Shown: piece after piece, positions 29,580 through 39,462 of the stretch
Numbering within the stretch: position 1 is the stretch's first letter
Layout: each line of letters begins with the position of its first letter
DNA from: Meiothermus sp.
GTDB taxonomy: Bacteria; Deinococcota; Deinococci; Deinococcales; Thermaceae
Assembly (NCBI GenBank): GCA_033762915.1
Contig: JANRLD010000010.1
Coordinates: 1 to 64,000 of the forward strand
DNA length: 64,000 nucleotides
Direction of reading: 5' to 3'
The notes under the pieces: model-generated
What the model was told of the DNA's origin: nothing
Seen by the model: the letters and a program-made list of their open reading frames with translations, nothing else
The model's database searches: none
Translations under genes and position numbers: made by a program

Positions 29580-31472
29580 GTGAACACTGGGCAGCTAAGA
29601 ATCACACTACAACGGGGCTTGGCTCTGGCGCTGGTCGCGCTTGTGGCAGCCTGCGGAAGCACTCCGCCCCAGGCAACCTCGCCGGGCGGCAGCGGCTACC
29701 TGCTCACGGTCCGGCTCGAGCCGGCCGACACCCAGGAGACCGTGGCCCAGCGCTACGGCGGCGAGGTGATCGCCTGGCTGGACGGCCAAGCCATCCTCAG
29801 GATGGGCGAGGAGGCAGTGGCCCAGTTGCAGGCCCGGGGGGTCTCGATGCAGAACACCACCCTCGAGGCCAACGCCGACGTGGGCACCCCGGCCACCATG
29901 AGCGGCTGGAACGCCTGGGGCAGCGGGTGGAACGCCTGGGGCAGCGGGTGGAATGCCTGGGGCAGCGGCTGGAACGCCTGGAGCGGCGGCGCCACCAGCG
30001 CCGTTCCCGCCCTGCCCAGCGGCAACCGCTCGGCCTTCATGCAGGTCAAGCTGCCGCAGGCCCAGGCCCTGGCCCGCAACTACGGGGCCGGCATCAAGGT
30101 CGCGGTGATTGACACCGGCCTCGACACCGCCCACCCCATGTTCCAGGGGCGGCTGGCCCCCGCGGCCGAGTGGCGCGACTTCGTCGACGGCGACAACAAC
30201 CCGGCCGAGGTGGCCGGAAACGGCTTCGGGCACGGCACGGCGGTGGCGGGGCTGATCCTGCAGGCTGCCCCCCGCGCCACCATCCTGCCCATCCGGGTGC
30301 TGGGGCCGAACGGCTCGGGCTCGGTGGCCAACGTGGTCTCGGCCATCGACTGGGCCCGCCAGCGGGGCGCGCAGGTCATCAACCTCTCGCTGGGCACCGA
30401 CGTGGACGTGGCCGCCCTGCGTACCCAGATCAGCCATGTCAACGGCCTGGGCGTCTTCGTGGTGGCGGCGGCGGGCAACAGCGGTGGCAGCCTGAAGTTC
30501 CCGGCGGCTGCCGCCCAGAACGCCCCCAACTCCGACCGGCTGTGGAGCGTGGGCAGCGTCAACAGCAGCGGCAATCGCTCGAGCTTCTCGAGCTTTGGCT
30601 CGGCGCTGAAGTTCATGGCCCCCGGCGAGGGCATCCAGAGCGCTTTCCCCGGCAACCAGGTGGCCACCGTGCGCGGCACCTCCTTCGCGGCCCCGCTGGT
30701 CAGCGGCATGCTGGCCCTGGCCATGGGCGAGACCAGCAGCGCCAACTGGGGCAGCCTCCAGGCCTGGCTGGCCAACTCTACCTTTGGCGCCGGCACCACC
30801 GGCAGCCTGTTCGGCGTCATCAACGCGGCGAGCTTCCTACAGAAGCTGCCCGGCGTCCCGCGCAAGAGCGCCCTGTTTGTGGTCGGCTCCACCACCCTCA
30901 GCAGCGGCGACAGCGCGGTGAGGGACAGGCTCGAGGATATCGGCTACTCAGTTACGGTCAAAAATCATAACGATGCCCAGATCGGGGACTCCTTGGACAA
31001 GCATCTGATGCTCATCTCTTCCTCGGCCAGCTCGAGCATTGTGAACACGGAGTTCCTCAACACCACGGCCCCGGTCGTGACCTGGGAGCACGCCATCTTC
31101 CACCACATGAAGATGACCGACTCCCCCACCACCAACTACGGATCAGCCAGCAGCCTGACCCAACTCCGGATGAACAGCAGCACCAGCACCCATCCGCTCG
31201 CGGCCGGCCTGACCGGCGACCATGCGGTGTACAGCGCCAACAACAACATGACCTGGGGCAGGCCGACGGCCGGCGCCGTCAGAGTGGCCACGCTCACCGC
31301 CGACACCACTCGAGCCACGATCTTCGGCTACGACCGGGGGAGCACGATGATGGGCATGACGGCCCCCAACCGCCGGGTGGGCTTGTTCATGAACCATGTC
31401 GGAGCCGAGATGACCCCCGCCGGCTGGAACCTCTTCGAGGCCGCCGTCACTTGGGCGGTCAGCGGCAACTGA
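29580..31472 (+). CDS. S8 subtilisin-family lipoprotein protease with extra C-terminal domain
   Basis: Lipobox VAA|C; triad VIDTG, GHGT, GTSFAAP; AAAGN oxyanion motif. Confidence 0.92.
   Translation: MNTGQLRITLQRGLALALVALVAACGSTPPQATSPGGSGYLLTVRLEPADTQETVAQRYGGEVIAWLDGQAILRMGEEAVAQLQARGVSMQNTTLEANADVGTPATMSGWNAWGSGWNAWGSGWNAWGSGWNAWSGGATSAVPALPSGNRSAFMQVKLPQAQALARNYGAGIKVAVIDTGLDTAHPMFQGRLAPAAEWRDFVDGDNNPAEVAGNGFGHGTAVAGLILQAAPRATILPIRVLGPNGSGSVANVVSAIDWARQRGAQVINLSLGTDVDVAALRTQISHVNGLGVFVVAAAGNSGGSLKFPAAAAQNAPNSDRLWSVGSVNSSGNRSSFSSFGSALKFMAPGEGIQSAFPGNQVATVRGTSFAAPLVSGMLALAMGETSSANWGSLQAWLANSTFGAGTTGSLFGVINAASFLQKLPGVPRKSALFVVGSTTLSSGDSAVRDRLEDIGYSVTVKNHNDAQIGDSLDKHLMLISSSASSSIVNTEFLNTTAPVVTWEHAIFHHMKMTDSPTTNYGSASSLTQLRMNSSTSTHPLAAGLTGDHAVYSANNNMTWGRPTAGAVRVATLTADTTRATIFGYDRGSTMMGMTAPNRRVGLFMNHVGAEMTPAGWNLFEAAVTWAVSGN
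29901..29984 (+). repeat. Coding tandem repeat, 4 x 21 bp (SGWNAWG)
   Basis: AGCGG(C/G)TGGAA(C/T)GCCTGG(G/A)GC x4. Confidence 0.95.
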
Positions 31473-31487
31473 ACCCGGCCAACCCCG

Positions 31488-31517
31488 AGTGCCTCCCTCA
31501 AGGGAGGCACTTTTTTT
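31488..31517 (+). terminator. Intrinsic terminator
   Basis: AGTGCCTCCC-TCAA-GGGAGGCACT followed by T run. Confidence 0.9.
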
Positions 31518-31591
31518 GACCCGCATGCCCCCAGGATGAAGCCGGGCCCAGGGATATCGGTTATCTTGGAGGCAATCGGGCGGGAGCGGAC

Positions 31592-32980
31592 GTGAGGCCG
31601 TCTCCCAAAGAGGGTGAGACTATTAGCAATCCCAAAGTAGACGTGGTGGTGGTCGGCGCGGGCATCTCGGGCCTGGTGGCGGGGCGGCTGCTGACCCAGG
31701 CGGGCCTCGAGGTCAGGGTGCTCGAGGCCCACGACCGGGTGGGCGGCAGGCTCCTGACCAAAAAGCTCGACGACGGCGCGGCCTTCGACCTGGGCGGGCA
31801 GTGGATCAGCCCGCAGATGCCCCGCGTGAACGCGCTGATCCGCGAACTGGGCCTGACCACCTACCTGCAGCACGACTCGGGCCGGATCGACCTCGCTGCG
31901 CTGCCGCTCTCGGCGATGGATCGGCTGGTGCAGGCCGAGTGGGAGTGGGTCAAGGCCAAGCTCGAGGTGCTGGTGGACCGGGTCAACGTCGAGCGGCCCT
32001 CGCTCACCCCCGATGCCGCCGAGCTCGACGTGCGCAGCGTGGAGGACTGGAAGCGCGAGAACCTCGAGAGCCCCTACCTGCGCAACCTGTTCGACCAGAT
32101 CATCCGTACCGAGTACACCATCGAGCCCAAGGACTTCTCGGTGCTGCACCTGCTGTACAGCCTTAAGTCGGGCGGCTTCGAGGGCATCTTCGGCCTCGAC
32201 CGCGGCAACGAGACGCTGCGGGTGGCCGAGGGAATGCAGACGCTGTGCCTGCGGCTGGCCGAGGAGCTGGGCGACCGGCTGCGCCTGAACTGCCAGGTCA
32301 ACGAGATCGTGCACTCCGAGGTGGGCGTAACCATAGTGGCCGAGGGGGTGACGCTGGAGGCCGCCCGCGTCATCCTGGCCATCCCGCCCAACCAGACCAT
32401 CGGGATCGACTTCGACCCGGTGCTCCCCCGGCGGCGCACCAAGCTGATGCAGCGGCTCGAGATGGGCTCGGTGATTAAGTGCTTCGCCCTCTACGACAAG
32501 CCCTTCTGGCGGGGCCGTCCGGTCAACCCGATTGACCCCGACAAGCTCCTCTTCGACGACACCATCGACGCCACTCCCTTCGGCGAGGCCCACCCCGCCC
32601 TCGTGGCCTTCATCGGCGGCGACGACGCGGTGCTGTGGAGCGACAAGCCCCCCGCCATCCGCCGCCGGGCGGTGCTCGAGGACCTGGCCCTGGTCTTCGG
32701 CGAGGAGGCGCTGTACCCGGTGGCCTACTTCGATCACGACTGGCTGACTGAGCCCTTCATTGGCGGCGGCTATCAGTGCTACGCCCCGCCCGGCGTGATG
32801 TCCGGCGGCTTCGAGGAGCTGCGGCAGCCCATCGGGCCCATCCACTTCGCGGGCACCGAAACGGCGGTCTACTTCTACGGCTACGTGGAGGGCGCGATGG
32901 AGGCGGGCGAGCGGGCGGCGCGAGAGGTGCTGGAGCAGAAGGGCAGAACGGCGGCGCTGCGCCAAGTTGCGCCAGGGTGA
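31592..32980 (+). CDS. Flavin monoamine oxidase family protein
   Basis: VVGAGISGL, LEAHDRVGGR, DLGGQW, HFAGTET, GYVEGA..GERAA; start uncertain. Confidence 0.92.
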   Translation: MRPSPKEGETISNPKVDVVVVGAGISGLVAGRLLTQAGLEVRVLEAHDRVGGRLLTKKLDDGAAFDLGGQWISPQMPRVNALIRELGLTTYLQHDSGRIDLAALPLSAMDRLVQAEWEWVKAKLEVLVDRVNVERPSLTPDAAELDVRSVEDWKRENLESPYLRNLFDQIIRTEYTIEPKDFSVLHLLYSLKSGGFEGIFGLDRGNETLRVAEGMQTLCLRLAEELGDRLRLNCQVNEIVHSEVGVTIVAEGVTLEAARVILAIPPNQTIGIDFDPVLPRRRTKLMQRLEMGSVIKCFALYDKPFWRGRPVNPIDPDKLLFDDTIDATPFGEAHPALVAFIGGDDAVLWSDKPPAIRRRAVLEDLALVFGEEALYPVAYFDHDWLTEPFIGGGYQCYAPPGVMSGGFEELRQPIGPIHFAGTETAVYFYGYVEGAMEAGERAAREVLEQKGRTAALRQVAPG

Positions 32981-33059
32981 ATCTGCGAACTCATCGCGTT
33001 TCCACCCATCGTTGCCCTGCGACATGTCGCCCGACAGCTCCCGCAGGGAATTGCGCCCC

Positions 33060-33127
33060 GGGTAGCCGCTCCGCGGCTATGGCGCACGCCACTCCGCCCT
33101 GGGTAGCCGCTCTGCGGCTATGGCGCA
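33060..33127 (+). repeat. Pair of 27-bp direct repeats, each a GTAG-flanked hairpin (REP-like)
   Basis: GGGTAGCCGCTC(C/T)GCGGCTATGGCGCA at 33060 and 33101, 14-nt spacer. Confidence 0.8.
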
Positions 33128-33158
33128 GGCTGGGGCGGCGAGGCGGGGAAACGAGACT

Positions 33159-33521
33159 TCAGGCCGGCTGGTTGATCTGCGCGATGATGCCCGATGGGTG
33201 GCGCAGGAAGGCCATATGGGTCTTGGCGGCCTCGTTGAAGAAGGGCTCGGTTTCGTAGGCGTAGCCCTGACCCAGCAGCTCGGCACACTTGGCCCCGAGG
33301 TCCTCGACCACGAAGGCCAGATGCATGAAGCCCGGCGCGGGCTGGCCCGCGACCTGGATCAGCTCGAGGTCGACCCCGGTGGCCGGGTTGGTGATAAAGG
33401 CGGTGGGCATCCCGTTGGCGTAGTGCTTGCCCCGGCGGCGGAGTTGGAAGCCGAGGGTGGCGAACTGCTCGAGGGCGGCTTCGACATCGTGAACGGACAG
33501 CGCAACGTGGTCGAGTTTCAT
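33159..33521 (-). CDS. VOC/glyoxalase family protein
   Basis: KLDHVALSVHDVEAA, LELIQ, HLAFVVEDL, AFLRHPSG. Confidence 0.88.
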   Translation of the reverse strand: MKLDHVALSVHDVEAALEQFATLGFQLRRRGKHYANGMPTAFITNPATGVDLELIQVAGQPAPGFMHLAFVVEDLGAKCAELLGQGYAYETEPFFNEAAKTHMAFLRHPSGIIAQINQPA

Positions 33522-33614
33522 GGGACCACAATACGAGAGGGAACGGGGCTGGGGGAAGGGGGCGTCCCGAGACAGGGCCTTGCACCCCAGCGGGCGGTAC
33601 AATTTCAGCCTGCC

Positions 33615-34352
33615 ATGCTCGAGCCCCGCCTCCAGGCCGTCGCCGACCAGATTCGCAGCCGGGTTCACGCCGACATCGGCTCGGACCACGCGCTGCTGCC
33701 GAGGTATCTGCTGAAAGAGCGGCGGGTTGAGCGGGTCATCGTGGTGGAGAAGAACCGACAGCCCTTCGAGAACGCGCGGGCCGCGCTCGAGGGTCTGGAC
33801 GCTGAGGTGCGGCTGGGCGACGGCCTGGCCCCGCTGAACGCGGGCGAGGCCGAGAGCCTGAGCATGGGCGGTATGGGGGCACTGCTGATGGTCCGAATCC
33901 TCTGCGCCCACCCCTGGAAGCTGCCCGAAAAGGTCGTGCTCCAACCCAACGACAGCGCCGAGCCAATCAGGATATGGGCTCGAGAGCACGGCTTTCACCT
34001 GAGCTGTGAGCAGATGGTCGAAGGGTTCTGGCGGTACAACGTTCTGACGTTGGTCCGAGGCATTGGCGACGACCCCGCGTACGAAGGTTTTCCCCTCGAG
34101 CCAAAAGCGGGCTCGTCTTCGCTCGAGCCAGGGGCAGGCTCGTCTTCGCTCGAGGCCGCCCTGCGCTACGGCCCCCTGCTGCTAAAGCAACGGCACCCGC
34201 TGCTGTTTGAGGAGTTGCAGCGGGAGAAGCTGTATCTCGAGGGACTGCTGGAGAAGAAGCCTGTGCTTAGGTTGCAGCGACAGCTCGAGCTGTCGCTGCG
34301 GGCCTTGGGTTACTATGATTCCTCCGGCACCTTGCTTGTGCCAGAATCATGA
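33615..34352 (+). CDS. trmK: tRNA (adenine22-N1)-methyltransferase TrmK-like
   Basis: RLQAVA, ADIGSDHALLP, RLGDGL, GMG, LQPN. Confidence 0.88.
   Translation: MLEPRLQAVADQIRSRVHADIGSDHALLPRYLLKERRVERVIVVEKNRQPFENARAALEGLDAEVRLGDGLAPLNAGEAESLSMGGMGALLMVRILCAHPWKLPEKVVLQPNDSAEPIRIWAREHGFHLSCEQMVEGFWRYNVLTLVRGIGDDPAYEGFPLEPKAGSSSLEPGAGSSSLEAALRYGPLLLKQRHPLLFEELQREKLYLEGLLEKKPVLRLQRQLELSLRALGYYDSSGTLLVPES
34095..34154 (+). repeat. Two tandem 27-bp hairpin units bounded by CTCGAG, in frame in trmK
   Basis: CTCGAG at 34095, 34122 and 34149; units CTCGAGCCAaaaGCgGGCTCGTCTTCG and CTCGAGCCAgggGCaGGCTCGTCTTCG. Confidence 0.9.
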
Positions 34353-34579
34353 GCCGATACAAGGAAAAGCAGAACCTCAAACTCCTGTTCGACGATGCCG
34401 CCGCCGACGCGATGGCCCTGTACCGCAAACTGAATCAGCTCTACGATCTCCTCGAGCCCGGACGGGATCGCGTCGCCTGCCAGCGCATCATGACCGACCT
34501 TACTTGGGCCGCCGAGAACTGTACCGTTATCGGTTTGCACCAAATCGGTAAAGCAATGGATGACTCCGGCGCCGGCTAG
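34349..34579 (+). CDS. Hypothetical small protein
   Basis: ATGA overlap with trmK stop; host-like codons; helical 76 aa. Confidence 0.6.
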   Translation: MSRYKEKQNLKLLFDDAAADAMALYRKLNQLYDLLEPGRDRVACQRIMTDLTWAAENCTVIGLHQIGKAMDDSGAG

Positions 34580-34754
34580 CAAAAGCAGAGCGCCGTAACT
34601 CGGCACGGCAAACACCGCAGCATTCGTGGAAACCGCCCTTGCTCGAGGCTCAAAGGGGCTCGAGGGTTTCCACGGAAGCTTAGCCTCTGGCCCGCGCCCT
34701 GCGACCTTCAGCCGATTCGACAATTCGCCCAAAACAAACTTACAATAGCCAGGT

Positions 34755-35981
34755 ATGTCTAAGTCACGAAACGCCTCTATTACCTTCATCCTTATCTCTG
34801 TACTCATCAACGTGATGGGGATCGGTCTGGTGATCCCGGTGCTGCCCAAGCTGATCGAGCAACTGGCCGGTAGCGTGGAGGCCGGGGCGCAGTACAACGG
34901 CATCTTCTTCGCCATCTACGCCTTGATGCAGTTCGTCTGCGGCCCTATCGCGGGGCTGCTCTCCGACCGCTACGGTCGGCGTCCGGTGCTGCTGGCCTCC
35001 TCAGCGGGCACCGCGCTGGACTATTTGGTGGCGGCGCTCACCCAGTCGCTGTGGGTTTTGCTGGCGGCCCGCATCGTGGCGGGGGCGCTGGGGGCCAGCC
35101 TCTCCACCGCCAACGCCTACATCGCCGATATCTCCAAGCCCGAGGAGCGTGCCCGCAACTTCGGGCTGATCGGGGCCACCTTCGGCATGGGCTTCGTGCT
35201 GGGGCCGGCGGTGGGCGGGGCACTGGGCAACATAGACCTGCGGCTGCCCTTCTACTTCGCGGCGGCGCTGGCGGCGATCAACTTCCTCTATGGATACTTC
35301 GTGCTGCCCGAGTCGCTCAAGCCGGAGGACCGCGTCACCCAGACCAAGAGCCTCAACCCCTTCGCGGCCCTCTCGATCCTGGGCAAGACGCCGACGCTGT
35401 TGGGCCTCACGGTCAGCTTCACCATGATCTTCCTGGCCTTCGGCTCCCTGCAGAGCGTTTGGGCGCTCTACACCGGCTACCGCTTCGACTGGAAGCCGCT
35501 GGACGTGGGGCTCTCGCTGTTTGCGGTGGGGCTGGCGGGGGTGATCGTGCAGGTGGCGCTGGTGCGGCCCATCATCGCCCGCCTGGGCGAGCGCCGCTCG
35601 CTGCTGCTCAGCCAGAGCGCGGGGGTCTTCTCCTTCACCGCCTACGGCCTGGCCAACCAGGGCTGGATGATGTACGCCACCATCGCCTTCGCCTCGATCG
35701 GCAACCTGGGCCAGCCGGTAATCCAGTCGCTCCTGACCCGCGAGGTCGGCCCCGGCGAGCAGGGCAATCTGCAAGGCGCACTGGCCGGGATGCAGAGCAT
35801 CACCGCCGCCGTCGGCGGCCTGCTGGGCGGTCTGGTTTTCTCGCTGGTGGCCAAACCGGGCGTGCCGGACTGGCTGGTCGGGTTGCCTTTCTTCGTGGGC
35901 GCAGGGCTGTACCTGGTGGCGGTGCTGAACACCAGTGCGCTGTTCCGGCGCGTGCCGGAGGGCGGCAGCCAGACGGCATAG
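34755..35981 (+). CDS. TCR/Tet-family MFS transporter
   Basis: GIGLVIPVLP, motif A GLLSDRYGRRPVL, AYIADIS, motif C GFVLGPAVGG, LPES. Confidence 0.92.
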   Translation: MSKSRNASITFILISVLINVMGIGLVIPVLPKLIEQLAGSVEAGAQYNGIFFAIYALMQFVCGPIAGLLSDRYGRRPVLLASSAGTALDYLVAALTQSLWVLLAARIVAGALGASLSTANAYIADISKPEERARNFGLIGATFGMGFVLGPAVGGALGNIDLRLPFYFAAALAAINFLYGYFVLPESLKPEDRVTQTKSLNPFAALSILGKTPTLLGLTVSFTMIFLAFGSLQSVWALYTGYRFDWKPLDVGLSLFAVGLAGVIVQVALVRPIIARLGERRSLLLSQSAGVFSFTAYGLANQGWMMYATIAFASIGNLGQPVIQSLLTREVGPGEQGNLQGALAGMQSITAAVGGLLGGLVFSLVAKPGVPDWLVGLPFFVGAGLYLVAVLNTSALFRRVPEGGSQTA

Positions 35982-36096
35982 GGCGGAGGACAGAAGCCTT
36001 CGGTGGTCAGCGGTTGGCTAAATGCCAGGCGCCAACCGCTGACCGCCAGTGTGGTTCACCGACCTCTGACCACTGACGGAGCACTACAATATGCCT

Positions 36097-36360
36097 ATGC
36101 TCGAGGTCAAAGAGGCAGTCAAGGTCGCCACCGACTACATCCAGGCCCTGTTCAGCGAGCGGCAGATCCCCGAGCTGCGGCTCGAGGAGGTTGAGCTTTC
36201 CGAGGACAAGAAGTTCTGGGAAGTGACGCTCAGCTTCGTGGTGCGCGAGCCCACCGCGTACTTGAGTTTGGGCGACGCGGCGCGAACCAGGGAGTACAAG
36301 CTTTTCCGCGTGGACGCCGAGACCGGGCAGGTACAGAGCATGAAGATACGGCGGGTGTAG
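36097..36360 (+). CDS. Hypothetical protein (small alpha/beta, PepSY-like pattern)
   Basis: TACAAT 6 nt before ATG 36097; LEEVELSED..WEVTLSF..YKLFRVDAETGQV. Confidence 0.75.
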   Translation: MLEVKEAVKVATDYIQALFSERQIPELRLEEVELSEDKKFWEVTLSFVVREPTAYLSLGDAARTREYKLFRVDAETGQVQSMKIRRV

Positions 36361-36677
36361 CCAGGCGGCAGCAGGGGGCCTTCCCTGCCCCCTGTACGCC
36401 GGGTTTCAGGTTGGCGGCTCCCCCCAGAACGGCTCGGCAGAACCCGGCGCGCGGCACCGGGGAAAGTGCTGCTTGGGGCCGAGGTCCATGCCCGCCGCGT
36501 TACGCCCCAGGCCAGAAAACTCATCTCGTGTTCATGCTGCCCAACTCTTCTTGCGTTACGCCTGGACGGGATTTTTTGTCCGTCCCTCACATATACACCG
36601 CATCATCCGAAACGTTAAGGCCCTCATGTTCATCCAAGCTATCCTGAGCCCGCGCTGATGATAGGCTGTTGCCCAAC

Positions 36678-37586
36678 ATGCGCGGATTGGCTTGGTTCAT
36701 GCTGCTCTTTCAAGGTCTGGCCGCCTACTCCCCGGCGCAGGGGGTTCCCGGCAACGTTCTGCAGCCCTATGTGCAGGAAGAGCGGATCGACGGGGTTCCC
36801 TATTTGTTCGTGGTCAACCCGCTGTTCGCCCCCATTACCATCCAGTTCGAGGTGGCGGCGCAGAACCTCGAGGTCAGCCCCGGCTACCAGTTCTCCCAGG
36901 TCTTCCCGCCGCGCTCGCGCACCCTGGCCTTCATCGGTCGGCCCATCCGGCCCGAGTGGAGCTACAACTACCGCTGGAACTACGTGCTAGGCGACATCAA
37001 CGCGGTGACGCAGGACGTGGCCTACGCCCTGCCCTTCGCGCCCGACCAGACCTTCCGCATCTCGCAGGGCTACGCCGGTGGATTCAGCCACCGGGATGAG
37101 CTCGAGTTCTCCCTGGACTTCGCCATGCCCGAGGGCACCCCCATCCACGCCGCGCGGGAGGGCGTGGTGATCGCCGTGCAGAGCATCTACAGCGCCGGCG
37201 GCCCCGACCCCGCGCTGCGCGCCAAGGCCAACTACATCACCATCCTCCACCCCGACGGCAGCTTCGCCCATTACGCGCACCTCCGGTTCAACGGCAGCGT
37301 GGTGACAGTGGGGCAGCAGGTCGAGCGTGGGCAGCTCATCGGCTACTCGGGCAACACCGGCTTCAGCAGCGGGCCGCATCTGCACTTCCACGTCTACCGC
37401 GTGACCGGCGTGTTGGGCACCTGGGTGAGCCTGCCCACCCGCTTCTCCACCGCACAGGGCGAGGTGCTGCTGGCGGAGGGCTCGAGCTACACCAACAGCA
37501 GCCTCCTGGTGAACCTCCCGCCCCGCCCCGCCCCACCCGCCTCGAGCACGGCAGCCGGCGCGCCGGGCAGCCAGCAGAGGCCTTAG
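36678..37586 (+). CDS. Secreted M23 family metallopeptidase
   Basis: FSH..SLDFAMPEGTPIHAAREG, YAHL, GNTGFSSGPHLHF. Confidence 0.92.
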   Translation: MRGLAWFMLLFQGLAAYSPAQGVPGNVLQPYVQEERIDGVPYLFVVNPLFAPITIQFEVAAQNLEVSPGYQFSQVFPPRSRTLAFIGRPIRPEWSYNYRWNYVLGDINAVTQDVAYALPFAPDQTFRISQGYAGGFSHRDELEFSLDFAMPEGTPIHAAREGVVIAVQSIYSAGGPDPALRAKANYITILHPDGSFAHYAHLRFNGSVVTVGQQVERGQLIGYSGNTGFSSGPHLHFHVYRVTGVLGTWVSLPTRFSTAQGEVLLAEGSSYTNSSLLVNLPPRPAPPASSTAAGAPGSQQRP

Positions 37587-37684
37587 AGGCCTTGAGGGGT
37601 GTCGTAGGTCGTAGGCCGAAGTGAGGTTGAAAGTTTGTGAAGACGGGGCGGCTCGAGTCCAGCTCGAGCCGCTACTATTTTCCT

Positions 37685-38191
37685 ATGGCAACCATCAAGG
37701 TAGCCCAGGGCGACATCACCGAGTTCCGGGGCGACGCCATCGTGAACGCCGCCAACAACGGGCTTATCTTGGGCTCTGGGGTGGCGGGAGCCATCCACCG
37801 CAAGGGCGGGCCCGAGATCCAGGAGGAGTGCCGGCGGCACGGGAAGATCAGGGTGGGTCAGGCCGCCCTCACCGGAGCGGGGCGGCTGCCGGTGCGCTAC
37901 GTGATCCACGCGGCGGCGATGGGCGACGAGCCCGCAACCCTCGAGACGGTGCGGAGTTCGACCCGTGACGCGCTGCGGTTGGCCCTGGAGAAGAACCTCA
38001 AAACCATAGCTTTTCCGCTGCTCGGCACCGGCGTGGCGCGGCTGCCGCTCGAGCCCGTCGCTGCGGCCATGATCGAGGAATTCAATAGGGTCGGGGACGA
38101 TCTCGAGGTCACCCTCTACGGCTTCCGCGCCGACGACGTGGCCGCGATTGGGCGGGCGCTGGCGTATGCTCTGGGGCGTGAGTCAAGCTGA
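37685..38191 (+). CDS. Macro domain protein
   Basis: [32 protein letters not shown]. Confidence 0.93.
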   Translation: MATIKVAQGDITEFRGDAIVNAANNGLILGSGVAGAIHRKGGPEIQEECRRHGKIRVGQAALTGAGRLPVRYVIHAAAMGDEPATLETVRSSTRDALRLALEKNLKTIAFPLLGTGVARLPLEPVAAAMIEEFNRVGDDLEVTLYGFRADDVAAIGRALAYALGRESS

Positions 38192-39428
38192 ACTCGAGCG
38201 CCAGCTCCGCGCCGCCGTAGACAACCCGAACCTGCCGCTCTCGAGCCTCGCCGTCGCGGTCATCAAAGGCGGCGAGCTGGCCTATATCAACGCCTTCGGG
38301 CATCGTCGTTTCGACCCCGACCTGCCCGCCAACCTGGACTCCCGCTACCGCGTGGCCTCCATCTCCAAGCTGGTGATGAGCCTGGGGGTGATGAAGCTGT
38401 GGGAGGGCGGGCAGCTCGAGCTTGACCGCGACGTGGGCGACTACCTCGGCTTCCCACTGCGCAATCCGGCCTTCCCCGAGGCCCCCATCACCGCCCGGAT
38501 GCTGCTCAACCACACCGGCAGCCTGCGCGACGGCAACCTCTACTCCATCCCCACGCCCTACACCCTGCGCGACTTCTTCTTGCCCGAGGGCCGGTTCTAT
38601 AACAGCGCCGAGCACTTCGAGGCGGCCCACCCGCCGGGCGCCTTTTTTTGCTACACCAACCTGAGCTTCGGGGTGCTGGGGACGGTCATCGAGCGCGTCA
38701 CCGGCCGGCGCTTCGACCTGTACATGGAGGACGAAATCCTTAGGCCGCTGGGCATCGGCGGGGGCTATAACATCACCCGCTTGCCCGAGGCGGATAACCT
38801 GGCGACCCTGTACCGAAAACTCGAGGGCGACACCTGGAACCCGGCGGGGGCCTGGCAACCCCAGGTGGACGACTGGGGCGGCCAACCCCCCACCCACATC
38901 CGTCTGCAGAACCCCGACGTCGGGGGCGACCCCAGGGTGAGCGTAGACCTCGAGGGCTACGTCATCGGCTCCAACGCCACCTTCTTCTCGCCGCAAGGCG
39001 GGCTGCGGGCCTCGGTGAAGGAGTTGGTGAAGGTGGCCCAGCTGTTCTTAAACCGGGGCGCAGGGCTGCTCAGGCCGGAGACCCTCGAGGCGATGCTGGC
39101 CGAGGAGTGGACCTACGACGGCGGCAACGGCGACACCCACAGCGGCCTGATGCGCAGCTGGGGCCTGAGCGTCCAGCGCTTTTTGGGGGTCAAGGACGCC
39201 GAGGGCGGCGACCTCCTGGCAGACCGGGGCGGCCTGCCCCTCTACTACGGCCACCTGGGCGACGCCTACGGCCTGCTGAGCTGCCTGGCCTTCGACCCCA
39301 AGCACCGCAACGCCTTGATCTACATCGTTGGCGGGGTGGGCAACGACCCCTTCGCGGTGCGGGGGGGGTACTCGAGGTTCACCCCGCCCGAAGAGGCCGT
39401 GCTGACAGCACTGTACGGCCTGCTGTGA
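38178..39428 (+). CDS. Serine hydrolase, beta-lactamase/AmpC-like family
   Basis: SISK, LLNHTGS, YTN, GHLG; start 38166 or 38178. Confidence 0.88.
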   Translation: MSQAELERQLRAAVDNPNLPLSSLAVAVIKGGELAYINAFGHRRFDPDLPANLDSRYRVASISKLVMSLGVMKLWEGGQLELDRDVGDYLGFPLRNPAFPEAPITARMLLNHTGSLRDGNLYSIPTPYTLRDFFLPEGRFYNSAEHFEAAHPPGAFFCYTNLSFGVLGTVIERVTGRRFDLYMEDEILRPLGIGGGYNITRLPEADNLATLYRKLEGDTWNPAGAWQPQVDDWGGQPPTHIRLQNPDVGGDPRVSVDLEGYVIGSNATFFSPQGGLRASVKELVKVAQLFLNRGAGLLRPETLEAMLAEEWTYDGGNGDTHSGLMRSWGLSVQRFLGVKDAEGGDLLADRGGLPLYYGHLGDAYGLLSCLAFDPKHRNALIYIVGGVGNDPFAVRGGYSRFTPPEEAVLTALYGLL

Positions 39429-39462
39429 GTGCATACCCGGCAACCGGTAAACTATCCTCCGT

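Noticed and set aside
29901..29984. Possible CRISPR or non-coding array
   Set aside because: Contiguous 21-bp units without spacers, in frame in a protease.
33060..33127. Possible mini-CRISPR
   Set aside because: Only two units, a 14-nt spacer, and no cas genes or leader; treated as REP-like.
34755..35981. Calling the MFS gene a tetracycline resistance gene tetA
   Set aside because: Family-level similarity only; no tetR or mobile context.
36097..36660. Possible toxin-antitoxin pair starting with the 87-aa protein
   Set aside because: No toxin-like ORF downstream; the association is only a recollection I cannot verify.
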